This document shows, piece by piece, positions 29,001 to 37,540 of a stretch of DNA of 64,000 bases; positions within the stretch are counted from its first letter, which is position 1; the number at the start of each line of letters is the position of its first letter. This DNA is from a virus. Where the stretch lies: positions 1 to 64,000 of the IMG/VR virus record IMGVR_UViG_3300009509_000009. One strand, 5' to 3'. The position numbers and the translations under genes are program-made. The notes beneath the pieces are model-generated. The model saw nothing but the letters and a program-made list of their open reading frames with translations. It made no database searches and was not told where the DNA came from.

Positions 29001-29213
29001 CACACGCCAGTTCTTCGTGGGGTCAAGACTATCCCCGAAGATGTGCAGACAGATTGGCTAGCCCGATTGAATCATGAGAACATCAGGTCTACCCTAGTAG
29101 AAGCGGCACAACAGGGTTGGGCGAGTAATCTTCACGGTGATCACCCAATCCCGCCGATGATCGTGGGTAAGGAGTTCGGCAAGGGAACAAAGGATAAGCC
29201 CTGGTCGTACTAA
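23031..29213 (+). CDS. rpoBC: Single-chain DNA-directed RNA polymerase, fused bacterial-type beta and beta' subunits
   Basis: Beta motifs GYNFEDG, GDKMVGRHGNKG, NPIGIAGRMNIGQ, KLQHQV; beta' motifs RSTIVP, RDPVLH, GFNADFDGD, GGRKG...AKPGYLT, DCGT/CNHAHGVCAKC, AAQAIGERGTQLAMKAFHSGG. Confidence 0.97.
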   Translation: MARLDPREGFELLKDRVTTEVKAAFPQEGNDHILDIENVEIQDELDPEDIEGQKKAKLGGSTWGVPVKAEFVLKDKASGKVINRSKIKVATIPKHTRRHSFIVGGSEYQVDNQWRLKPGIYTRVAQNGQLESRFNFQGKMNLDMIFDPKSRKFQLKHGGSKPPLYPILKAVGVDDDALQQAWGKEILNANKTTPNGKALNVEKLAIGFAKRLDPNKDVKNFDDAGDVIREYMGTAELRPDVTKLTLGKEFNTITPEALTRTSGRLLGVARGDKPDVRDALQFKDLLSTEDFIAERLQQSAKIIKRRIQNNIDRRTTVREIVGPDIFDRPVKEFFSKTSLANTPQQVNPLEMLSGQQRTTITGEGGVKSAHKIQEDAKLVDPSHFGVLDPLHTPESDKTGVTLHLAMSAVKKGNKAFVPLHNVKTGKVEYLDPETVNEKIVAMPDEGRWDKGKWVPNAKKVKASTLGNEIRDVDSSKVQYVMKNPGQMFSLATNMVPFLSCDSPNRSSMAGKQMEQAISLKYREPPLVQVARGDGTKKTFDEFVGRYASHESPVDGKVTNITDTFMEVKSGRKTHKVQLYKDYPLNDKKGLLQSTPTVKVGDKVMKGQTVADTNFTKGGVYAPGVNLNIGYTPWKGYNFEDGVVISESAAKKLTSEHMHKKTLSTKEAKAPGKEVFMSHFASSLDKEQAEKLDRDGIIKPGMRIRKGDTLIAAVADAPPTTENQMFKNLHRSLVQPFDNRSITWEEDQEGEVVNVTKKGKKIQVHVKTEEPMTVGDKMVGRHGNKGIVTKILPDNEMPSTKDGKPLEVLMNPIGIAGRMNIGQVLETAASKVAEKRGRPLKITNFGVSDSRTEIENLLKRHGVSDRETIVDPKDGTEIEGIQVGKQYILKLQHQVDKKMSARDRAGYDRNLIPKGGGKHGAQALGALGMYAMLAHGAKHNIREMQTYKSDKAQNDDLWSAIQTGEPLPPPKTTFGYQKFESYLKGMGVDTQKDGNSLNLIPLTDKQVEEMSSGELKDAGRAVRGYKIGSKRRGSIDPEKSGLFDPQITGGLDGTRWSHINLAEPVPNPLFEKAVRSLTGIRGPQFNRLIEGKDGVDKDGKIVPPGTQGALYGPQSIGLMLDKVDINKDLQAAQAKLPTIKNRQPLNETRRKIKYLQALQKVGLSPREAYMTSKVPVLPPAMRPLSMLEDGALQFDDLNQLYKDVALLDQQIKEMPSFAPDSAKAEARADVYDRMKALTGLGGSLKGRYKGIADIIAGDNPKSGYAQDKLIKRKMDLSMRSTIVPEPSLSLDEVAIPRKAAMEIYKPFIVRELRMSTGSGPLTAKEMVEANHPAAREALNRVVEERPLLMKRDPVLHKYGIQAFKPKIVEGKAIKIHPLVCSGFNADFDGDTMSATVPITEEAVDEARKMFPSKMLFNPATKGVMYTPAHEAQVGLYMMTDVKKKTNYQFKDQAALERAVKEKKLGPNDAAKVGGNFTTLDRLRLNATLPTQLQGGKLLTDLDYRFTKKDQGQFFKQMAETDEKGFPINIDKMKDVGNLKVTHGGFSFGLSDFKVHKDIRDPIMREADRRASALDLSKKNDMNKFVDIYEGAMTKMKDRLDVRVKELSTKNSLAMLETAAGIKGKGYAQLTTAPGLFVDAKGEVVASPVRKSYSEGLSASDYWASVSGGRKGIIQRTQSTAKPGYLTKLMMNSVMDTLVQEDDCGTDRGVSLNIDEPDLIGRYTTAPIKIGSTTFKPGTLVTADIVNKAKNAKVTRIVSRSPMRCNHAHGVCAKCMGLNERGEHHGLGTNIGVLAAQAIGERGTQLAMKAFHSGGVYEGKAAQERSITGGGFERAVTLLSMPKQVKGSAKLAIASGKVEAVKKDPAGGFDVKIGGVKHYIPADRTPLPDLKKGKAFRKGDPLTKGPINPRELLPLTNMNKVQGYLASELHSLYAPEGIRRRNSEVLVRSLSNVTKVEDSGDSSSWIRGDFAPTAVVNEWNRKNAKRGLKPVQHTPVLRGVKTIPEDVQTDWLARLNHENIRSTLVEAAQQGWASNLHGDHPIPPMIVGKEFGKGTKDKPWSY

Positions 29214-29223
29214 GGAGACTGTC

Positions 29224-29616
29224 ATGGATGATCAACTGTACAAGGAAGCCATGTACTCTGGATTCTTCGACGAGCTCGGACTGCTCGAGAAGCAACAGAT
29301 GTTCGAGAAGCAGGCTGCGGGTCTTGGTACCTTAGTCAAGGGCTTCCGTCAGCTGGGCAAGGATCCGACGAAGGCCCTCGGTGGTGTTCGTAGAGCCTGG
29401 GAGGTCGGTGTTCGTAGAGGAGCTGGTCTGGGTAGAGGACAGGCTGGGCCTCTCCAGGGAGGCGTGGCGAACAGACTCCGCCAGGCGTGGGGTGGCGTGA
29501 AGAACGTCGCCAAGACACCGGCGGGCCAAGCTATTGGAGCTACGGCGCTGGGCGCCGGAGCGCTGGGCGCCGGGGCCGTGGGAACTGGGTACGCTGCTGG
29601 CCGTGCTCAGGGTTAG
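29224..29616 (+). CDS. Small Gly-rich protein with FFDEL...EKQAA leader
   Basis: AAGGAG RBS; amphipathic basic segment, C-terminal GAGALGAGAVG zipper. Confidence 0.65.
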   Translation: MDDQLYKEAMYSGFFDELGLLEKQQMFEKQAAGLGTLVKGFRQLGKDPTKALGGVRRAWEVGVRRGAGLGRGQAGPLQGGVANRLRQAWGGVKNVAKTPAGQAIGATALGAGALGAGAVGTGYAAGRAQG

Positions 29617-29626
29617 TGAGTCCTGA

Positions 29627-30799
29627 GTGCCACGAGCTCAAGCAAACTCGATCGCTCAGAGCGGTCTGAATACTCCCAGCATTGAGGAGGGCCGTATCGT
29701 CAACGTCGACATGGCCAACTTTACTGCTGACGTGAAAACAAAGACCAGCCAGAGACAGTTGATCGACGTACAGTGGTCCAGCCCTTACATGCACTTCGCC
29801 AAGGGTGAGGGGATCAACTTCATGCCAGAGGTGGGGGCGATCTGTAAGGTCTGTATGCCGAGTGACGGTACCCCGTTCATCATGTGCTTTGTCACTACCT
29901 TCGAGCGCGAGCGACCAGCCGATGGTCAGGACTCTGAAACGACTCTGCATCCTGACAGCACCGAGAGTCAGGAGTCTCCTGCTGAGGTTACGTTCCGATC
30001 TGGCAGAGCCAAGATGGAACAGGGTGACATACACCTCAGTACCAGAGACGGCAACGCTCTGTGGCTGCACAGGGGAGGTGTAGTCGAGCTCGGAGCGAAC
30101 GGTATAACGAAACGGTTCTACATCCCACTACTCAACACGATCCGTGATGTCTGCGAGAACTATGATATGGTCTCGCTGGCAGGAGAGATGAGCTGGACAG
30201 TCTCCAGGGATGACAGGAACGCTTCTGGTGATGCTGAGGCCGCGTTCACGCTTGCTTCGAGGAACTTTGCTCAGGATGAATTCGCCACGGTCTTCCTCCG
30301 AGTTGGGCACGTTGACGATACCAAGAGGTTCCAGCTCCTCATCGCTCCGAACCGCATCAACCCCAGGACTGGAGAGGTCGACGGGGATGTAGTCTACTCA
30401 GTGGAGATCGATGAAGAGGGAAACCTCGACGTCACCGTCAAGAAGAAGGCTACGATCAATATTCAAGACGAGCTGGCTCTCACTGTGAGCGGGGACGCCA
30501 ACCTCACGTTCAGCTCAAATCTCAACGAGACGATCAGCGGTGACAGGGATACCCAGATCTCAGGGAACCACTCTATGCAGGCTACCGGCAGCACAGAGAG
30601 GCTGTCAGCGGACAAGACAATCGACGCTCCAAGGATCAAGCTCGGTGGTAGCGCCATGTATCCGGTGTTGATCATGAGCCCAGCTACCGTCTCATTCCTG
30701 ATGGGGCATACCCATCCGGTCACTGGTGCTGCTACTGGCCCGCCTGTTGCGACGACCAGCCCCAACATGATGACCGCTAGAAAGACGGTGGCTGAGTAA
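29627..30799 (+). CDS. Baseplate central spike (gpV/gp5/VgrG-like)
   Basis: OB-fold motif GINFMPEVGA, beta-helix-like repeats, C-terminal HTHP iron-binding tip motif. Confidence 0.75.
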   Translation: MPRAQANSIAQSGLNTPSIEEGRIVNVDMANFTADVKTKTSQRQLIDVQWSSPYMHFAKGEGINFMPEVGAICKVCMPSDGTPFIMCFVTTFERERPADGQDSETTLHPDSTESQESPAEVTFRSGRAKMEQGDIHLSTRDGNALWLHRGGVVELGANGITKRFYIPLLNTIRDVCENYDMVSLAGEMSWTVSRDDRNASGDAEAAFTLASRNFAQDEFATVFLRVGHVDDTKRFQLLIAPNRINPRTGEVDGDVVYSVEIDEEGNLDVTVKKKATINIQDELALTVSGDANLTFSSNLNETISGDRDTQISGNHSMQATGSTERLSADKTIDAPRIKLGGSAMYPVLIMSPATVSFLMGHTHPVTGAATGPPVATTSPNMMTARKTVAE

Positions 30800-31089
30800 T
30801 GGCCATGGACATCGACAGTCTGACCGAGGCGATCGTCACCAACTACAGTGCGGAAATGAAAGCCTCCTTCCCAGAGGTGGTGAAGAGCGTTACTGTAGAA
30901 CAGATACCGAAGGAAGATGGTAGCTTTGAGTACGAAACCACGCCTCAGATGGGCCCAGTAGAGGTGGACGAGGCGAAGTTCAGGCCGATGGCGAAGGCAA
31001 TAGCCAAGGCTGTGATAGAGCACATACAGTCGAGCGCCTACGCCGACGATAACGACGGCACTGCGGGCGGTGATTGGAGGATCAAATGA
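30799..31089 (+). CDS. Small baseplate-associated hypothetical protein
   Basis: Coupled to the spike gene; AIAKAVIEHI helix. Confidence 0.55.
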   Translation: MAMDIDSLTEAIVTNYSAEMKASFPEVVKSVTVEQIPKEDGSFEYETTPQMGPVEVDEAKFRPMAKAIAKAVIEHIQSSAYADDNDGTAGGDWRIK

Positions 31090-33089
31090 ACCCGGGACTT
31101 TTCCTAGAAACTGATCTGGATTTCACGAAGGTGGCGGTGTCGGAGGTGCGAATCTCTGACAACGCCGACACCTGGCCACAGGAGCTTCTGCAGGAGCTGC
31201 TCAAGCAGCATCCGTACCTCGGCCAGTACGACACCAGCCCAGTGATGAGCGAGGTTGATGGAGAGCGCGGGTTCGGTCTCGGCTACTTCACGGTCTCGAG
31301 CAGGTCAGCCAGGATGGCGGTTGGGCCTGGTGGTCAGGCGATGCAGCAGATGGAGGGGGTGAAGTCCATCCGCATTCCGATCATCGTGGCGGAGAACTCA
31401 GCGAAGCCATTCGACGTGTTCATCGGATCTGACGGCACGGCCCAGCCGCTAACCGATGAGCGCACGCGCGAGGCTCTGTATCGCCCAAACATGTTCGACA
31501 CGACCGGGAAGTCACCCTCCACCGACTGGATCTCAGACAGCCTCTATCCTCCGAGCTCGAGCGGACGAACTCTTCATGGCGGTCAGGTCATGGAGATGCC
31601 CAAGACGAGTGCGGCCAGGTTTGTCATGCCGACTATCGTCCCCACGATCCTCAAGGACGATCTTCTGGCTGTGGAGGACGAGATCAATAAGACGGCAAAC
31701 CTCGGACCAGCACTTGTCCAGAACGATGCTGTCTTCCCCTTCATCGATCTCCTCTCCAAGGTGCAGCCAACCACCGCTCACGATGTGGCCAAGGTAGCCT
31801 CAAGGCACATCCCCTATGACCTCGTCCAGGTGGTGCGCGAAGGAGAGCGGTACGTCCTCAAGGTGGCGAACAGTCAGATGTTCGCACCAGAGGAGCTCGA
31901 GGCGGATAGACCTACCATGGTGCAAGAGGCTGGTGAGGATCTCGTTCAAGAGGCTGATGAGAGCGGAGCTGTGGTGCTCAGCACCAATCCGGTCGTCCAC
32001 AACAACGTTGAGGACGACGAGGTCGGGGTAGCCACCAAGTTTGGTGAGTACCGCGTGAAGGATGCTACCACTGGGAAGGAGTACCTGGGGTGGGTCTTCC
32101 CCAAGGTACTGGACTACGATGGGACAGAGCTCCCCATGAGCGTCTTCTCCAATGGAGCTGTGTCAGCTATCCAATCAGAGATCGCTGGTAGCTTCGTAGG
32201 AAAGAGCGCGAACATCATCAGGGGTAACCCTGAGGGGCATGGATTCTTCTACCGAGTCACCGCCAGTGGGAGCGTCGTCGCGTTCATTCCATCTGAGTGC
32301 AAAGGATCGTTTGCCGATCCGAAGGGGCAGGGGTACATGATCGAGAGCCTCGGCGGAGCTCAGGTTGTGGTGCGTCCGACTCAAGGATTCACAGGACTGC
32401 AGGCACTCGGTCCCAACGAGTATGCCATTCCAGGCGATGTGAAGTGGGCCCCTCTCGGCGAAGAGGCCATCGCTCTTCTTGAGAGCCCCGAAGACTTCGC
32501 CAAGACGGCTTCGCTCAAGCACCACGCCACTACTGTGCGGATCATCTCCGATGGGTCCTGCTGGTCATTCAAGGATGGTCCTGGACTCGGTAAGCTGGCC
32601 AGTCATCAGCGTGAAGGACTCGATGGAGCAGACGCTCACTTCTTGGCCTGTGCCTTTGGTATGGAGCCCAACTTCGCTGTAGGTCAGCTCATCAAGGCTG
32701 CGAAGTACGGTGAGGTCAACGTCCGAGGATGTAGGCCAATCGGCGTTCCGTCCGATAGGATCGAGGAGATGAGGAAGATCGCTCGTAAGGAGTGGGAGCA
32801 GCTTCCTCCCCGCTACCTTCTGTTGAAGGAGGCCGCCTCGCTCACTGACGTGAGCACTGTGGACAAGGTCCTGTCGATCGGATTCATCAACCCTGAAAAC
32901 GTTGGCGTGTTCATCGACTACCTCCCAGACTTCCAGCACTGTGTCAGCAAGCTGGCGGAGATGCTCATCGCTATCCGCATGGGGATGAAGGATGTTCCGG
33001 AGTCTGCGGTGAAGAACGCTATGGAGAGAATGGATGAGGTAGTCAGCGGTCTGCGTAAGCTGGTGTACAGACAGAGCACTCTCGATTAG
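31086..33089 (+). CDS. Putative head-associated protein with KxA motifs
   Basis: GGAGG RBS before MNPGLF; KVA, KTSAA, KTAN, KVAS, KTAS, KLAS, KEAAS. Confidence 0.65.
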   Translation: MNPGLFLETDLDFTKVAVSEVRISDNADTWPQELLQELLKQHPYLGQYDTSPVMSEVDGERGFGLGYFTVSSRSARMAVGPGGQAMQQMEGVKSIRIPIIVAENSAKPFDVFIGSDGTAQPLTDERTREALYRPNMFDTTGKSPSTDWISDSLYPPSSSGRTLHGGQVMEMPKTSAARFVMPTIVPTILKDDLLAVEDEINKTANLGPALVQNDAVFPFIDLLSKVQPTTAHDVAKVASRHIPYDLVQVVREGERYVLKVANSQMFAPEELEADRPTMVQEAGEDLVQEADESGAVVLSTNPVVHNNVEDDEVGVATKFGEYRVKDATTGKEYLGWVFPKVLDYDGTELPMSVFSNGAVSAIQSEIAGSFVGKSANIIRGNPEGHGFFYRVTASGSVVAFIPSECKGSFADPKGQGYMIESLGGAQVVVRPTQGFTGLQALGPNEYAIPGDVKWAPLGEEAIALLESPEDFAKTASLKHHATTVRIISDGSCWSFKDGPGLGKLASHQREGLDGADAHFLACAFGMEPNFAVGQLIKAAKYGEVNVRGCRPIGVPSDRIEEMRKIARKEWEQLPPRYLLLKEAASLTDVSTVDKVLSIGFINPENVGVFIDYLPDFQHCVSKLAEMLIAIRMGMKDVPESAVKNAMERMDEVVSGLRKLVYRQSTLD

Positions 33090-33958
33090 TGATGGATCAT
33101 CCCTCCCGATACTGGATCAAGTTTCTCTGCTCGAGGGGGAAGCATACCCACGAGGCAATCGAGGCTATGCTGACTGCTATCGAGCTCGGAGGAGCTGATG
33201 CAGACTTCATCAAGAGTGTGGATGATGATCTAGACCTTCCAGAACCGTTCATGCCAAGGGATCTTCGGCACAGACCGAGCCAAGCGTTTCTGAGGCGTGA
33301 GGGAATCTACGAAGCCTGGCACGACACCAAGGCCTTCAACGAAGCGTTCGACATTCTATCCACGACAGAGCTTCGTCACATGGTGGAGACCTTCGCGCTG
33401 TCTCCACTACGTTCAGATCAAGCAGTCAAGAAGATCAAGCAGAAGACAGGCATCTCGCTCTCCGTGCAGGCCTATGAGCTGTACCAGCACTACTTCTGGA
33501 ATAGGTCACTGCTCAGTGGCGCGGCGTGGGGAGAATTCATCCTCCAGCGTGACCAGGCCCACATGGAGTGGCTGCAGCTTGCAGTTCACGCCAAGGGAGC
33601 TCAGGGCGCGCAGATGCTGATGTGGAAGATGGGCGCGGCCGGTAGACTTCACGTTGAGTCTGGCCGGATGTTCCGTGATATCCGTGACATCAACTACATG
33701 TGCATCAAACAGATCGAGCATAGGTTCCCTACAGTTGAGCACTCGAAGATGATGCTCAACTACGCTCGAGTCTGTGACATCTCTCAGCGTCAGGTTGACG
33801 CCAGTGAGAGCGCAACTGAAGATATCGTCAAGACCTTCAACTCGTTCAGGATGAAGCGGGAGGAGGTCCAACGTACGCCGATCCAGCAGCTGACGGGGGG
33901 CAACTTCTCAGAAGCTGAGGATGTGGCGGCTGGCAAGGAAGGCATAGGTGACTACTGA
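33089..33958 (+). CDS. Hypothetical protein
   Basis: Long coupled ORF with phage-like codon usage. Confidence 0.7.
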   Translation: MMDHPSRYWIKFLCSRGKHTHEAIEAMLTAIELGGADADFIKSVDDDLDLPEPFMPRDLRHRPSQAFLRREGIYEAWHDTKAFNEAFDILSTTELRHMVETFALSPLRSDQAVKKIKQKTGISLSVQAYELYQHYFWNRSLLSGAAWGEFILQRDQAHMEWLQLAVHAKGAQGAQMLMWKMGAAGRLHVESGRMFRDIRDINYMCIKQIEHRFPTVEHSKMMLNYARVCDISQRQVDASESATEDIVKTFNSFRMKREEVQRTPIQQLTGGNFSEAEDVAAGKEGIGDY

Positions 33959-34395
33959 TGGCATACCTCAGTCAGGAGCAAGGGGAGAGGATCAAGGAGC
34001 TCGATATCCCACACGGTGGCGTTCAGGTTGTTCCTCGGAAAGAAGTCAAGAGTGGCGACCTCCGGATGGAGTATCTGGCGAAGGACGGTGATCTGATCAT
34101 TCATTTCTTCTGGGAGAGGCCGCACCCCACCCAGACGGGTACGAGGTCGCTGGGTGACGGATTCCCGGAACAACCCATCTTCGCTCCTTGGCCCGACAAG
34201 TTCAGGGAGACGGCCTGGAGAAAGCTCGTTGAGCACTTCAGGATGGAGGGCAGGGAGACCAATGTCGACGTGGTGTGGGTTCCGGAGCTGTTCAGCTTCG
34301 ACGCCACCATCAAGGGCATCGCAATGATCACCAACCCACCCAACTCCTCCATGATCCGGTTCATCAACGATCTCGTTGAGCATCTCCATAGCTAG
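33958..34395 (+). CDS. Hypothetical protein
   Basis: TGATG coupling to the upstream gene. Confidence 0.65.
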   Translation: MAYLSQEQGERIKELDIPHGGVQVVPRKEVKSGDLRMEYLAKDGDLIIHFFWERPHPTQTGTRSLGDGFPEQPIFAPWPDKFRETAWRKLVEHFRMEGRETNVDVVWVPELFSFDATIKGIAMITNPPNSSMIRFINDLVEHLHS

Positions 34396-34421
34396 CTAAA
34401 AGGAGGGGCCGCTGCCCCTCC
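34393..34421 (-). terminator. Leftward intrinsic terminator
   Basis: GGAGGGGC-AGCG-GCCCCTCC followed by TTTTAGCT. Confidence 0.75.
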
Positions 34422-34444
34422 CGAGTCAACCACTACGGGTGACT

Positions 34445-34852
34445 CTATTTATCTGACCCCTGGTCAGCTGGCTTCTTCCGCTTCCACTTCTTCCGCTTCT
34501 TGTACGGAGCGAGTGATAGTAGGAATCCGTCTCGATCCATCATCATGTGTACTACTCGCTGCTGGCCGGAGCTTCGAGCTTCCGCCACGATGACGTTGTA
34601 GATGAGTTTGGCTGACTCTTTGTCTGATCCCAGAGGGAGGGGCATGCTCACCCTGACGAGGTCAAGTTCCACCGGTCCGAACTCGATTTCGTGTGCAAGG
34701 CAGCAATACCCTCGATCGGTATCGGCCACACCGATCTCTCCCTCCATAACGAAGCTGAGCCGTTTGAGCGCTACCTTGAGCCACTCAGGGCTGGCTGGTT
34801 TGCTCTGCTGGTTCAACGGCTTCCTGGTCTGCTTCCTTCTCGATGGAGCCAC
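34445..34852 (-). CDS. Hypothetical protein, basic C-terminus
   Basis: Second gene of a leftward island; start uncertain. Confidence 0.5.
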   Translation of the reverse strand: MAPSRRKQTRKPLNQQSKPASPEWLKVALKRLSFVMEGEIGVADTDRGYCCLAHEIEFGPVELDLVRVSMPLPLGSDKESAKLIYNVIVAEARSSGQQRVVHMMMDRDGFLLSLAPYKKRKKWKRKKPADQGSDK

Positions 34853-35504
34853 ACTCGTGAAGGATCATGCGGTCTCGGGTAGCCTTGTCGAGATGATTGA
34901 CGATCGGGATATCATCCTCGTTCTTCCTCACCTCTATCCACCCGAGAGAGGGCGCCAGAACGCTCTTGACCGCGCTGTCTACTGCAGCGCGTAGATCGTT
35001 GATGGTAACGCTGACTGCCGTGGCGACACCCTTGATGGGGGTGTGACCCTCGAACTTGCCGTCGTCGCCCTCGAACCTGATGAAGCGACTGCCGAAGTCA
35101 CCGGGGTTCTCGGTGAGGTCGAAGTCTGCCTCTTTCTTGTTCGGGCCAATGATCAGGCCGTTGCGATTGTCACCGTCCAACCACACAGTGATGTCTACCA
35201 GCTCGCCAGCCTTCTTGCGAGCTGACTTCAGGATGGTAAGTTTTGGCAGCACACCGGTGAACTCCTGCGCCGCGCCCAACCTCGCCTGCAGCATGGTGCT
35301 CTCCATGCTGTTCAGACGCCTCTTACGTCCGACCACTCCTCCCTTCGCGCGCTTCTCCGGCGGTACCCCCGCCATCAAGCTGTCTCCAAGCACATCCCGT
35401 GGGAGGTACTTGTCCATTTCCCTCAGCTCATCCTTGGTGTATCCCATGGATGTTGCGAGGGGCTCCAATTGAGCCAATGTGTACTTGACCTTCTTCTTGC
35501 CCAT
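34785..35504 (-). CDS. Hypothetical protein
   Basis: AGGAGG RBS, downstream of promoter copy C. Confidence 0.75.
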   Translation of the reverse strand: MGKKKVKYTLAQLEPLATSMGYTKDELREMDKYLPRDVLGDSLMAGVPPEKRAKGGVVGRKRRLNSMESTMLQARLGAAQEFTGVLPKLTILKSARKKAGELVDITVWLDGDNRNGLIIGPNKKEADFDLTENPGDFGSRFIRFEGDDGKFEGHTPIKGVATAVSVTINDLRAAVDSAVKSVLAPSLGWIEVRKNEDDIPIVNHLDKATRDRMILHECGSIEKEADQEAVEPAEQTSQP

Positions 35505-35542
35505 CTGGTCCTCCTGGCTATTGGCTAAAGGCTCTTCGTCTA

Positions 35543-35577
35543 CAAAGAGCTTATAACCAGGAAGTGTGGTAAGATCA
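35543..35577 (-). promoter_or_regulatory. Putative phage promoter, copy C
   Basis: GTTATAAGCTCTTTG; the upstream GCA is replaced by TGA. Confidence 0.65.
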
Positions 35578-35582
35578 GTTCG

Positions 35583-37376
35583 ATGTCAGCCATTCTAGAA
35601 GATGTTAGGACTCCCAGGATCGAGCCACGGTTCGACTTGGACCTTGAAGACGAGCTCATTGATAGCTTCATTGATCCTGATGAAGAAGCTGAGATGGCCG
35701 AGCTTGACGCTATCATAGATGGCGTTGCTTACAAGCCTCCTGAGAGTCAGCTACCAGAGATCACTCCCTCTGAATTTACAGAGTTCGCCATCAGGATACC
35801 GGTGAAGGGTGACCTCGAGAGGTTCAGCTTCGAGGGCCGTGAGTACCTGCGTGAGATCTATGACACACCAGCTCGCCGCATACTCATGAAGTGTGGGCGT
35901 CAGACAGAGAAGTCTACCACTCTGGGGAACAAGTGCCTGGCGTACTGTGGGATCAACGGCAACTTCAATGTGCTGTACGTCAGCGCAACTGCCCAGCAAG
36001 CTCAGGTCTTTTCGGTAGACCGGATCAAGAACGTGATCGAGACCTCACCAGAGTTCGCTCATCTGGTCGACAGGAAGCTCCAGCAGAACGTTCTCTTCAA
36101 GCAGTTCAAAAACAGATCCAACATCAGAATCAGGTACGCCTTCCTGTCTGCAGACCGCGTTCGTGGTATTCCAGCAGACAAGATCTTGATCGATGAGATC
36201 CAGGACATCATCACCGATAACATACCAGTCATTGAGGCATGCGCCTTCCACTCTGACTGGAAGATCTTCTGCTACTCAGGCACTCCAAAGAGTCTGGATA
36301 ATACGATCGAGGTATACTGGGCGGACTTCAGCACGCAGAACGAGTGGGTAGTTCCGTGCGAGGCCTGTGGCGGTACCAGCCGTCGTAAGGACACCTGGCA
36401 CTGGAACATTCTCGGATCAAGGAACATCGGTAAGAAAGGTCTGGTGTGCGCCAAGTGCAAGAGATCGATCAACCCGAGACACCCAGACGCGCAGTGGTCA
36501 TCCAGGCAGCCAATAACGAAGGAAAATAGGAACCGAGTATCATTCGAGGGCTATCGAATTCCTCAGCTGATGGTACCGTGGGTAGACTGGGAAGAGGTAC
36601 TGTCTGCTCGTGAGCGATTCTCCACAGCTCAGTTCAACAACGAGGTCCTCGGACTGTCATACGATTCTGGCGTACGACCGCTCACAAGGGCACAGATCAA
36701 GTCGTGTTGCAAGGAAGAGATACACTTCACTGACCTAGAAGAGAATGCCCGCAAGTGCCACGGTGGAGTGTTCGCTGGTATCGACTGGGGTACTGGGGAG
36801 AATACCTACACAGTCATCTCACTTGGCGGTTACATGGGAGGATCGTTCCAGATATTCTTCTGCCACCGCTTCACTGGTGACGATCTTGAACCCAGAATGC
36901 AGCTGGATAAGATCGCCAAGCTGCTTCACGCAGTGAGGTTCAGGTGCTGTGGTGCTGACTACGGCGGAGGCTTCGACAAGAACGATTGGCTGATGAGAAA
37001 CTTCGGCCCAACAAAGTTCGTCAAGTTTCAGTACGCTCCGAACCCGAGTAAGAAGATCTACTGGCAGCCGAAGCTCGGCCGCTACATCGCCCACCGCACC
37101 GAGATCATGAGCGACATTTTCAACGCTCTCAAGCGTAAGCAGATCTGGCTGCCCAACTGGGAGGAGTTTGTCACTCCGCATGGAGAGGACATCCTCAACA
37201 TCTTCAGTGAGTGGAACGCCCAGCTCAGAATGCTGCAGTACAAGGTTAGCCCAGGGAAGACAGACGACACCTTCCACTCGATTCTATACTGCATGCTTGC
37301 CTCTATGATCGGCGGGAAGATGAGACCAGATATTCTGGTTCCAGTTCGTGAGGGCGACGTCCTGTTTCATGGTTAG
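35583..37376 (+). CDS. terL: Terminase large subunit (lambda gpA-like features)
   Basis: Walker A CGRQTEKST, Walker B ILIDE, SGTP, CEAC/CAKC, FNNEVLG, nuclease GIDWG and DD.FH. Confidence 0.9.
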   Translation: MSAILEDVRTPRIEPRFDLDLEDELIDSFIDPDEEAEMAELDAIIDGVAYKPPESQLPEITPSEFTEFAIRIPVKGDLERFSFEGREYLREIYDTPARRILMKCGRQTEKSTTLGNKCLAYCGINGNFNVLYVSATAQQAQVFSVDRIKNVIETSPEFAHLVDRKLQQNVLFKQFKNRSNIRIRYAFLSADRVRGIPADKILIDEIQDIITDNIPVIEACAFHSDWKIFCYSGTPKSLDNTIEVYWADFSTQNEWVVPCEACGGTSRRKDTWHWNILGSRNIGKKGLVCAKCKRSINPRHPDAQWSSRQPITKENRNRVSFEGYRIPQLMVPWVDWEEVLSARERFSTAQFNNEVLGLSYDSGVRPLTRAQIKSCCKEEIHFTDLEENARKCHGGVFAGIDWGTGENTYTVISLGGYMGGSFQIFFCHRFTGDDLEPRMQLDKIAKLLHAVRFRCCGADYGGGFDKNDWLMRNFGPTKFVKFQYAPNPSKKIYWQPKLGRYIAHRTEIMSDIFNALKRKQIWLPNWEEFVTPHGEDILNIFSEWNAQLRMLQYKVSPGKTDDTFHSILYCMLASMIGGKMRPDILVPVREGDVLFHG

Positions 37377-37520
37377 CTAAGAGGAACGGACGGGTGTAGA
37401 ACTGGGACGCTGTAAAGCCATCCCTGTTCTACGATCCCGTCCCTTCAACCAGGTCCGTCGACGATCCCTCTCGGTTTCCTCTTTTCAGATCGCTGCCGAT
37501 CCTAGCCGTAGAACCTGGTT
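37376..37520 (-). ncRNA. Structured RNA or 3' UTR (two long stems) between convergent genes
   Basis: Stem 37447-37520 and stem 37384-37446; both gain G-U pairs on the minus strand; ends CTCTTAGCT. Confidence 0.45.
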
Positions 37521-37540
37521 GGTACTGCTCGGTGCCGAAC

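Noticed and set aside
23031-29213. Host chromosomal rpoBC locus or chimeric assembly
   Set aside because: No ribosomal protein neighbours, large deletions relative to cellular enzymes, and flanked by portal and spike genes with similar composition.
37460-37500. Hammerhead-like string CUGAAAAGA-GG-AAA-CC-GAGA on the minus strand
   Set aside because: The core deviates from CUGANGA...GAAA and stem II would be only 2 bp.
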